Source: Saprospiraceae bacterium (lineage in GTDB: Bacteria; Bacteroidota; Bacteroidia; Chitinophagales; Saprospiraceae). From it: 64,000 nt of DNA. The stretch covers positions 4,080 through 68,079 of the forward strand of contig JAWKLW010000005.1 of the NCBI GenBank assembly GCA_041392555.1. Direction: 5' to 3'. Every line of letters starts with the position of its first letter. Position 1 is the first letter of the stretch. Below are positions 12,270-20,143 of this stretch, in pieces. The position numbers were made by a program, and so were the translations under genes. The notes below the pieces were generated by a model that ran no database searches, had not been told where the DNA came from, and saw nothing but the letters and a program-made list of their open reading frames with translations.

Positions 12270-12941
12270 CTACGTTTTATTGTTATTGACAATCACCACA
12301 TACTCCCCCTTTATATTCTCATTTTCAGCATAATATTCTAAATGTTCTCCTGCGGTTTTCAATGAATACTTTTCATATATTTTTGATATTTCCTTTGCTA
12401 CACACACCAATGTGTCAGCATCCATATTTTCGACTATTTCCGCTATCAATTTTTTTAATCTGTAAGGACTTTCGTAAAACACAATTGTTCCCGGATATTC
12501 CTTCAGGAATTCCCAACGCTTTGTCCTCCCCTTTTTATGAGGCAAAAAACCTTCAAAATGAAATTTATCAGTAGGCATTCCTGATGCTGACAAGGCTGTA
12601 GTCAATGCTGATGCACCGGGCAATGCTATCACTTCAATATCGTTTTTATAACATTCACGAACAAGCAAATAACCTGGATCAGAAATCAGAGGTGTGCCAG
12701 CATCTGAAACCAATGCGAGATTCAAACCCGACTTCAACTCCTGAATGACCTTTTCCAAAATCTTGTGTTCGTTGTGATCGTGATATGATATTACGGGTTT
12801 GCTTATATTGTAATGATTCAAAAGTTTGGCAGTGACTCTGGTATCTTCAGCCAAAATCTTATCCACTTCAGATAGTATTTCTACGGATCTGAATGTCATA
12901 TCCTTCAAATTTCCAATGGGTGTAGGTATTATGTACAACAT
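12270..12941 (-). CDS. rsmI: 16S rRNA (cytidine1402-2'-O)-methyltransferase
   Basis: LYIIPTPIGNLKDMTFRSVEIL...ILAEDTR...SDAGTPLISDPGY. 223 aa. Confidence 0.85.
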   Translation of the reverse strand: MLYIIPTPIGNLKDMTFRSVEILSEVDKILAEDTRVTAKLLNHYNISKPVISYHDHNEHKILEKVIQELKSGLNLALVSDAGTPLISDPGYLLVRECYKNDIEVIALPGASALTTALSASGMPTDKFHFEGFLPHKKGRTKRWEFLKEYPGTIVFYESPYRLKKLIAEIVENMDADTLVCVAKEISKIYEKYSLKTAGEHLEYYAENENIKGEYVVIVNNNKT

Positions 12942-13167
12942 GTCACAAAGTTAATAAATTCAATTAATTTTTTTTCAATTTAATACGATATAAAAACGAT
13001 CTATAATAATATCTGAATACTAAATAGAATCTTTTTAGATAATCAAAAACAATACTGATTTTTAAATTTATTTTTCAAACATAAAGATTTTAAACGACAA
13101 AACTGACAACAAATCAACACTGATATAATTTCGTAAAATAATTTTTATTTTTTTTTGAAATAAATAT

Positions 13168-13197
13168 TTTGAAATTAAAAAAATAAAATTACCTTTG
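13168..13197 (+). promoter_or_regulatory. Bacteroidota-type promoter for tRNA-Glu (-33 TTTG, -7 TAnnTTTG)
   Basis: TTTG at 13168..13171 and tacctttg at 13190..13197, with 18-nt spacing. The tRNA 5' end lies 17 nt downstream. Confidence 0.5.
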
Positions 13198-13213
13198 CAT
13201 TTCCATTTTAAAT

Positions 13214-13285
13214 GGCCCGTTCGTCTAGGGGTTAGGACGCCAGGTTTTCATCCTGGTAGCAGGGGTTCGAATCCCCTACGGGCTG
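13214..13285 (+). tRNA. tRNA-Glu (anticodon UUC)
   Basis: Hand-folded cloverleaf: acceptor GGCCCGT/ACGGGCT, anticodon stem CCAGG/CCTGG with loop TTTTCAT (TTC at positions 34-36), T arm AGGGG-TTCGAAT-CCCCT. Confidence 0.9.
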
Positions 13286-13287
13286 CT

Positions 13288-13329
13288 AAAGGGAATTGAT
13301 TCAACTAAAGTGTTCAGTTCCCTTTTTTT
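13288..13329 (+). terminator. intrinsic terminator after tRNA-Glu
   Basis: Stem gggaattga/tcagttccc (one mismatch) followed by T7. Confidence 0.6.
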
Positions 13330-13569
13330 ATTATATCTCAGCATCTAAATTCCTTATCATTATAGCCATAATTTGGATTTAACAAACAATATTTATCAAG
13401 CTATAATTCTACAAAATAAATACAAAAACAACCGAAATTAACACTAAATCTTATTAAGTTTATTGCATATATTTAAAAATTAATTTAACTTGCAGCCGTA
13501 ATGTAAAGAAACGACAGTGGATTGGTGGTGTATACGGATGTTACAGGCAATTAAAAAAAGAAAATATCA

Positions 13570-14679
13570 ATGTTTCCAAAACTTTCAATAAATGCAATAA
13601 ATACTTTTAATCAGGTTGGACTTCTGACCGAATCTTTAATTTACTACCAACATTCAAACTTGATTCTTGACCCAGAAAGTTTTCCTGAAGCGCTAAGAAC
13701 AATTGGTTATGAAAACATGGTAGAATTAATCAAAGAAGGAGATTTATCTATCAATCTGAATTCACAGGCATTAGGTGTTGGAAACCCTGAAGGAACTAAG
13801 TATATTATAAGTTCTTTTTCTTCCAAAAATCATGATAAAGGGAGAATTTTAACAGAATCAACTGAAAAATTATGGGGAAGAAATATTCAATCAAATAATC
13901 AAAAAAAGAACCTATTAAAATTGATAGGTGAGCACAAATATTCGGATGATTACAACAATTTATTATCAAGTGAAATCTTGGATACTGAAAATTTTAAAGA
14001 TTCTATTGTTACCAAGTCCAAAGGAACAGTAAGCAGAGATGAAATTGAAATTGAAATAAAAAAAGATAGTAATGGATTTTTTGACATTCAATCCAATTGT
14101 GATAAAAAGTTAATTGAAGACTCTGCATATCTTATCTGTACAGGTTCAGGACTTTTATATGATTCAACAGCATATAATTCAGAATTAGTAACCAACTCAA
14201 ATATATCAACTTATCCTGCAAGTCGAATACAACGATTAATTGATAAGCGAACTGGAACAGATAAGCAAATAAGAAATTTTCATGAATTTGTTTTACCAGA
14301 ATTTTATGACTTAAAATCTACTGTAGATTCAGGAGTAAAACAATTTGACGAATTCATGGAACTTTGGAGAGAAGCGAAAAAATTCAAAGAATGGTTGAAA
14401 AATGAAGAACCCAATGTTGAATTATTAACTGCTTACATAAGAAAGATAAGCGAGAATAGTTGGTTGGATAAAATTCCAGTCAAAACTTTAAGGTGGATTT
14501 TATTTACTTCAGTTGGTTTAGCAATTGGAGATGTAACCGGGGGTATCGCGGGAACTGCTGCAAGTGTTGGTGTTGATATGTTTGACGATTTACTTTTTGA
14601 CGGAATATTAAAGCGGAATTACAAGCCTAATCAATTCGTCGAAAATGAATATAAAGACTTCTTAAACTTGGGAATATAA
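13570..14679 (+). CDS. hypothetical protein with C-terminal glycine-zipper transmembrane helix (island cargo 1)
   Basis: An intact 369-aa ORF in which I recognise no family. The C-terminus reads LRWILFTSVGLAIGDVTGGIAGTAASVGVDMF (GxxxG-rich hydrophobic helix). Confidence 0.6.
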   Translation: MFPKLSINAINTFNQVGLLTESLIYYQHSNLILDPESFPEALRTIGYENMVELIKEGDLSINLNSQALGVGNPEGTKYIISSFSSKNHDKGRILTESTEKLWGRNIQSNNQKKNLLKLIGEHKYSDDYNNLLSSEILDTENFKDSIVTKSKGTVSRDEIEIEIKKDSNGFFDIQSNCDKKLIEDSAYLICTGSGLLYDSTAYNSELVTNSNISTYPASRIQRLIDKRTGTDKQIRNFHEFVLPEFYDLKSTVDSGVKQFDEFMELWREAKKFKEWLKNEEPNVELLTAYIRKISENSWLDKIPVKTLRWILFTSVGLAIGDVTGGIAGTAASVGVDMFDDLLFDGILKRNYKPNQFVENEYKDFLNLGI

Positions 14680-14704
14680 AAAAAAGCCTGTAACTAAGGC
14701 TATG

Positions 14705-14738
14705 ATGTCCATGCCTCCTAAACGTCGGCACGGCACAT
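14705..14738 (+). terminator. GC-rich imperfect hairpin 26 nt after the cargo-1 stop (terminator-like, no U tract)
   Basis: atgtcc..tgcc[tcctaaacgtc]ggca..ggcacat. It is far more GC-rich than its surroundings and is the positional homologue of 15974..16008. Confidence 0.4.
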
Positions 14739-14755
14739 AGTCAAAACATCAGAGT

Positions 14756-14930
14756 GCGCAAAAACCTATAAATAAATATTAATAATAATTTGTATATGTT
14801 ATTGAATTTTTGTATTATGTAGCATAATACAAATCGAATTAATCAAATTATATGATACCTCATAGTGCTGCTCATAATCTTTTTTATTATTTTTGAATTT
14901 ATTTTTGGAGTTTATGCGTGAACTCCCGTT
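14756..14930 (+). repeat. 175-bp intergenic module, copy A (promoter-bearing leader)
   Basis: Aligns without gaps to 16026..16200 with 10 mismatches in 175 (94%). Confidence 0.9.
14888..14926 (+). promoter_or_regulatory. candidate -7 boxes plus conserved stem-loop inside repeat copy A
   Basis: tatttttg at 14888..14895 and 14900..14907 both fit TAnnTTTG. The ggagtt[tatgcgtg]aactcc hairpin lies at 14907..14926. Confidence 0.35.
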
Positions 14931-14957
14931 GTGTGTCAATTAGGAAAAAGAAAACAA

Positions 14958-15957
14958 ATGTGGTTCGAGAAATTAACAGGATTTGAAGAAAAGTCACCAG
15001 AAAATGTTAGAGAAAAACTTCTAATTGAAAGAGATTCTTTTGTTTCAAAGGCAAATAATGAAAGATTTTTTTTTGGAAAATTAGAGATTCCAACATTAGA
15101 AGAATTAAGGCAAAATAGTTCTCCACGAGAGGTGTACAAAGAAAAAATAGAAATAAGTGAGTGCGTTGGAGATGTCCAACAATTACATACTTTAAAAACC
15201 AATACTAATGCTCTCTTTCAAGCGGCTTCCCAATTCAATCTTTTAGAAATGATTGAGCCAGCTGTTACTCCTGAACATGGAATTGACAGATACGAAAGAG
15301 ATTATACACAAGGTCCAGCTTGTGCAATTGTATGCGGTGCTGGAACAATCTATAAATTACTTTGTAAAAATTGGAAATCAAATAGGTCAAACAGCAAATA
15401 ATCAAGTTGACTGCTTAGAATTGATTGGAGAAGAACTTCAAAATGAACAATTACATCTTTGGTCGATGAAAAATGGATATGCTCTAATCAACCATGAAGG
15501 ACTTTTAACAATCAATAAAAAGTTATCCAGTTTAACTGATGAACAAAGAGAAAATTTAAAAGGAAAATTAAAGGTTGGAATCCAATGGAATACGGAAGTA
15601 ACAATATCTGGTGATAAGCAAAAAGTATCGCAAATTTATTGTTCCGCTTTACCAGTTGCATATTGTCAAACTGATTCAATTTATTGGGAAAAATTCGCAA
15701 GATTGATCTTAGAAGCCACTTATGAGGCAACATTTTTTACGGCAATGAAAAACATGGAAGATAATAATTCAAACTTAGTTTATTTAACTTTAGTTGGTGG
15801 AGGAGCATTTGGTAATGAAGAATATTGGATTTTGGAATCATTGGAGAAAGTGATAAATAAATTTAAAAATGTTCCTTTAGATGCAAGAATAGTAAGTTAC
15901 GGAGAATCGAACCCCAGGATATTAAAATTCATAAACGAATTGAAAAATAAAAACTGA
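14958..15957 (+). CDS. conserved hypothetical protein, ~333 aa once one frameshift is repaired (island cargo 2)
   Basis: ATG at 14958 (MWFEKLTGF). ORFs 14931..15401 and 15253..15957 join if one A is removed from tataaatta near 15352 (GAGTIY|NYFVKIGNQ). Motifs: FQAASQFNLLEM, TQGPACAIVCGAG, LTLVGGGAFGNEE. Confidence 0.6.
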
Positions 15958-15973
15958 TGACAATAAAGTGTAT

Positions 15974-16008
15974 ATGTCCATGTCGGGTAAAAGCCCGCCA
16001 CGTCACAT
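15974..16008 (+). terminator. GC-rich imperfect hairpin 17 nt after the cargo-2 stop
   Basis: atgtccatg-tcggg[taaaag]cccg-ccacgtcacat. The outer atgtccatg/cacat is shared with copy A, while the inner stem differs but still pairs. Confidence 0.4.
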
Positions 16009-16025
16009 ACACGATCCGTCATAGC

Positions 16026-16200
16026 GCGCAAAAATCTATAAATAAATATTAATAATAATTTGTATATGTTATTGAATTTTCGTATCTTGTAGCATAATAC
16101 AAATCGAATTATTCAAATTATATGATACCTTATAGTGCTTCTCATAATCTTTTTTACTAATTTTGAATTTATTTTTGGAGTTTATGTGTGAACTCCCGTT
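16026..16200 (+). repeat. 175-bp intergenic module, copy B
   Basis: 94% identical to 14756..14930 at a constant offset of 1,270 bp. It keeps a TAnnTTTG box (taattttg, 16158..16165) and the ggagtt/aactcc hairpin with one loop substitution. Confidence 0.9.
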
Positions 16201-16253
16201 AGTACCTTATTAAAAAAACGCCCAAGAAAAGCACGTAAATGTTATTTTTTCAC

Positions 16254-16261
16254 TACATTTG
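16254..16261 (+). promoter_or_regulatory. candidate -7 box for the ATPase/RloB operon
   Basis: tacatttg matches TAnnTTTG and lies 22 nt upstream of ATG 16283. Confidence 0.35.
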
Positions 16262-16282
16262 CATTAAAAATATTATAAAATT

Positions 16283-17654
16283 ATGCTAATCAGATTCACT
16301 GTTGAGAATTTTTCGTCATTTAAAGAACGACAATCATTCTCTTTAATACCAGGAAGAGGCACATTGAAGGCAGAACATAAATCTAAACCAATTAATGGAA
16401 TATCTGTTTTAAAAACCTCTGTTATTTTTGGAGCGAATGCATCTGGAAAATCAAATTTGATTAAAGCTATGCATTTTGGAAAGTTGATGCTTATTGAAGG
16501 AAATTTATCAGGGAAACGTATAAATTATCAAAAATTTCGTTTAGATAATGAATTTCAAAATAGAGATACTCGTTTAGAATATGAATTTCAACATCGAGGT
16601 AAAAACTATGCATATGGTTTTGTTTTTAATAATGACATCATAAAAGAAGAATGGTTATTTGAAATAACCAAGAAAAAAGACATTAAGATATTTGAAAGAG
16701 ATATCAGCAAGGAATCAATATTTGATTTAGAGTATCTGTTTAATTTAAATAAAAATAACGAAGAAAAACAGTTTCTAAATTTCACAGCAAAGAACACCAA
16801 ACAATCAATTATTCTTAAGTGAGATAAAAAATAGAAAAGTAAAAGAGAATGTCTCAAATATTGAAGATTTATTAAATACTATTGATTGGTTCCAAAACGC
16901 TTTAAAAATTATTTTTCCTGATGATAAATATAAAGAGGGGCTTAAATTTGAATTAAGTGAAGACGAAAGACTTTTAAATGTTTATGAAGAATTGCTTAAA
17001 TATTTCGATACAGGCATTGAAGGAGTTTGCCTTGAACCAATCGACTATGAAAGTGTTGAAATTCCCAAATTTATACTTGAAAAAATAAAAGAAGATATAT
17101 TAAATCACAAAAGCGAGAATTTAAGAGCATCTATACTGTCAAATAGAAATACAACATATTTTATATCTGCTAAAAATAATGAAATCACCTATCATAAATT
17201 CATGACAAAACATAAAGTATCAGATATAAATATCCCTGAAAAATTTGACACAAGTGATGAGTCTGATGGCACTAATCGTATTATAGACTTTATTCCAATA
17301 TTAATGGATTTATTAAAAGGTGGCAATGTTTTCATTATAGATGAAATGGAAAGAAGCCTACATCCAAACCTTATCTACGATTTATTGGATTTATTTTTAG
17401 AAAAAAGCGAGAACATTAATAGTCAGTTAATATTAGCAAGCCATGAATCATCTTTACTAACACAAAAATTACTGAGAAAAGATGAAGTATGGTTTACTGT
17501 AAAAAATAATGAAGGAGCATCAAAAATACATTCATTAGAACAATATAACATTCGATTTGATAAGCAAATTAGAAAAGATTATCTATTAGGGCGTTTTAAA
17601 GCTATTCCTAAAATTGGAAACAGAAATAAATTAACGGTTTTACCTAAAGAATAA
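16283..17654 (+). CDS. AAA-family (AAA_15/AAA_21, ABC/SMC-like) ATPase with one frameshift
   Basis: Walker A GANASGKSN. Walker B/D-loop FIIDEMERSLHP, followed by ILASHESS. ORFs 16283..16822 and 16992..17654 become one frame if one A is removed at cttaagtgag (about 16816), reading ...SIILSEIKNRKVKENVSNIEDLLNTIDWFQNAL.... Confidence 0.75.
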
Positions 17655-17658
17655 AAAT

Positions 17659-18321
17659 ATGCCACGAGAAAGACAAGAAATATTCAGAGAAAGTAAAACT
17701 GAAGAAAAAGAAAAGATTATAGTACTTGCTTTTGAAGGTAATATAACGGAACAAATATATTTTGAAGACTTTATGTCTGATGAACAATTTAATGATAAAC
17801 TAATATATTTGCATTTATTAAAAAGACCAAAGGATGATACAAATAGTGCCCCTAATCATGTTTTCAGAAAATTAAAAAGAGAAGCTCGGGATGAATATAA
17901 TTTTGCACCCAATGATGAATTATGGATGATTATTGACACAGACAGGTGGAAAAATATTCCTGAAATAATCCAAGAATGCAAAAAACAAAAAAATATGTTT
18001 GTTGCCGTTAGTAATCCATGTTTCGAATTTTGGATTCTTTTACATATAAAAGATGTTGATTCATTAACAGAGCAAGAAATAATTGACATACTAAACAATA
18101 CCAAAATTTCAAACCACAAACGTTATATTGATGATTATATTGGGAATTTATTGCCAGATGGTTATAATAAAACAAACCCCAAGCCTGATAGATTTTTCCC
18201 TCATATTGACTTTGCAATTTCGCAGGCAGAAAAGTTAGACATAGAACAAAAAGATTATCCCACAAGTATTGGGTCACACGTATATAAAGTGATGAAAAAA
18301 ATAACAAGGCATAATAAATAG
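17659..18321 (+). CDS. RloB-like protein (Toprim-like partner of the upstream ATPase)
   Basis: IIVLAFEGNITEQIYF N-terminal block and the SNPCFEFWILLH motif characteristic of RloB-like proteins. It starts 4 nt after the ATPase stop. Confidence 0.75.
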   Translation: MPRERQEIFRESKTEEKEKIIVLAFEGNITEQIYFEDFMSDEQFNDKLIYLHLLKRPKDDTNSAPNHVFRKLKREARDEYNFAPNDELWMIIDTDRWKNIPEIIQECKKQKNMFVAVSNPCFEFWILLHIKDVDSLTEQEIIDILNNTKISNHKRYIDDYIGNLLPDGYNKTNPKPDRFFPHIDFAISQAEKLDIEQKDYPTSIGSHVYKVMKKITRHNK

Positions 18322-18331
18322 GAATATAAGC

Positions 18332-18373
18332 ATTCGGCACTGCCTGTCCCGACTTAGCAGGAACCCAGCGAAT
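18332..18373 (+). terminator. GC-rich imperfect hairpin 10 nt after the RloB stop
   Basis: attcg...ctgc[ctgtcccgactta]gcag...cgaat. It is followed at 18412..18422 by gaaaaacctat, which matches the first bases of the 175-bp module. Confidence 0.4.
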
Positions 18374-18946
18374 ATTTCCGTTAGCTGACGTATTGAACTA
18401 CATCCACTCTTGAAAAACCTATGTACTAAATGAAGTTTTTTATAGATTTTGGAGAATAATAAAGTATAGGAATAAATTGGATTTATATAGTTTCTGTTAA
18501 TCTTTATGGATTGTTTTGTTTGTGATTTATATTTTTTGTTGTGAAATATACAAAAATAATATACACTTTTTATGGTTATTAATTTTTTTTAATTTTACTC
18601 ATTCATTTGAAAAATAATTTAATATCTAATTGATTTTAGAAAAACTAAATATCATACCTAATAAAATAGTATCAAGTTTCAAAGAATTACCAATTGGGCT
18701 CAGATACATATATCCTTCCATAGCTTTAGCATTATTCTATGTTGGATTAATTATTAAAAACCCGATAATGAAAGATGTCTATTTCAGTTTATTGAATCTT
18801 ATCGTCATGATAACTTTATTGCATTATAAATACGAAAACAGGAGGGGAAAAAAATAAAAATACTACAATGAGGCCTAATAGACAAAAATGATGCTAAAAA
18901 CCTTTAAGAAGCCGATAAATACAGATATTTACAGAAATGAAAGGTT

Positions 18947-19863
18947 ATGAATAAAAAAAATGCTTTTACTGTAATAGTACAATTGTCAAGAAAAATGGCA
19001 AAATTAAAGGGAAACAGAGGTACAAATGCTATGCATGTGGAAAACAATTTATAGGAGGCAAAAGAATAATCAAAGAACAATTATGGAAAAAATATGTAGA
19101 AGGGAAACAAACATATTCACAATTGTCTCAAGAATATAGTTGTTCAATCAGGACGATCCAAAGATATTTGGATAAGATACAAGTAAATCATTATGAAAAG
19201 CAAAGGCGAAAAGTAATCGTGTTAATGGATACGACATATTGGAGGAGAGGGAGTTTTGGAGTAATGTTATTTAAAGATGGTATAAGTGGAGAGAACTTGT
19301 TAAAATACTACGTAAAATATGAAACCAATTCATTATATGGTCAAGGAATAGAGGAATTGAAAAGCAAGGGATTTGAGATAATTGCAATAGTATGTGATGG
19401 GCGCAAAGGATTAATACAAATGTTTAAAGATATACCAGTACAAATGTGCCAGTTTCATCAAAGTGCAATAATAAGAAGATATTTGACAAGGCGTCCAAAA
19501 CTGGAAGCATCATGTGAATTGATGGAAATAATGGATATGATGAAAAACACTGATAAAGAAAGCTTTACAGAGTGTTTAATGGAATGGCATGATAAATGGA
19601 AGTCCTTCCTTAATGAAAGGACAATAAATGAGGAAAACGGAAAATCTCACTACACACATAAAAAATTGAGAAGTGCATATAACAGTTTAAAAAGGAACTT
19701 CCCATGGTTATTCACCTGGTATGATCATATAGATTTGAAAATTCCAAATACTACTAATGCCATAGATGGTCATTTTTCCGATTTAAAGAAAAAATTGAGA
19801 TGTCATAATGGAATGAGTGAAAGACGAAAAAAACAATTTATAGATGAGTTTTTAAAGGCATAA
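18947..19863 (+). CDS. DDE transposase with N-terminal zinc ribbon and HTH; frame broken in an A8 run at codons 3-5
   Basis: After ATG 18947 and the A8 run (18953..18960), the frame reads KCFYCNSTIVKKNGKIKGKQRYKCYACGKQF (CxxC...CxxC). It then joins ORF 19123..19863, which carries DTTYW, VCDGRKGL and CQFHQ (D...DG...CxxH, Mutator/IS256-like pattern). Confidence 0.7.
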
Positions 19864-20083
19864 AGACCTCTGCAAAAAGTCTATATCATTGCATCTCTGA
19901 ACAATGGGTTCTATCCTAATATTAAAAAAGCCACACAAAAGGTGGCTCTGATATATTGACTTTTTTTCGTCGGTCATCTGTACTATCCCTGACAAGTTGC
20001 TCTCCAGCAGAGCTTGGTTCCGTTTATACAGATACATAAAATTATTTATAAAAATTTATTTTAACAACAATCAAGAAAAAAAC

Positions 20084-20143
20084 AGCATCATTTTTGTCCA
20101 TTATGACCATACATCTAAAAATTAGCATCATTTTTGTCCATTA
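20084..20143 (+). repeat. tandem duplication of the IS right inverted repeat (40-bp period)
   Basis: agcatcatttttgtccatta occurs at 20084..20103 and again at 20124..20143. Confidence 0.85.

Larger units (their letters stand above)
18876..20143 (+). mobile_element. insertion sequence (~1.27 kb) with 20-bp terminal inverted repeats and one DDE transposase
   Basis: Left IR taatagacaaaaatgatgct (18876..18895) matches the reverse complement of agcatcatttttgtccatta (20084..20103 and 20124..20143) at 19 of 20 positions. Confidence 0.8.

Noticed and set aside
14798-14842. Extended palindrome centred on gtattatg-tag-cataatac in repeat copy A, as a possible operator or hairpin
   Set aside because: The left arm is mutated in copy B (cgtatcttg) with no compensatory change in the right arm, so the pairing is not conserved.
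14852-14896. Leader peptide inside the 175-bp module (MIPHSAAHNLFYYF in copy A)
   Set aside because: Copy B encodes MIPYSASHNLFY with non-synonymous changes and a different stop. The substitution pattern gives no sign of coding constraint.
14686-14930. Classical integron attC site
   Set aside because: At about 245 bp the element is longer than typical attC sites. Its two ends are not complementary to each other, the core-site matches are imperfect, and no intI is in the window. It is kept only as one hypothesis in the findings.
15905-15916. tRNA T-arm-like sequence (reverse complement ggggttcgattc) as a possible attR of the island
   Set aside because: It matches only about 9-11 nt, lies on the opposite strand, and sits inside the cargo-2 coding sequence. 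This is most likely chance.
18630-18857. 75-aa ORF (TTG start) just left of the IS
   Set aside because: It has an alternative start codon only, no recognisable motif, and an AT-rich context where such ORFs arise by chance. It could be a remnant, but that is not supportable.
18953-18960. Programmed ribosomal frameshifting at the A8 run of the transposase (IS1-style)
   Set aside because: The run sits at codons 3-5, before any domain, so it would not produce two functional products. Sequencing error or simple slippage is more plausible.
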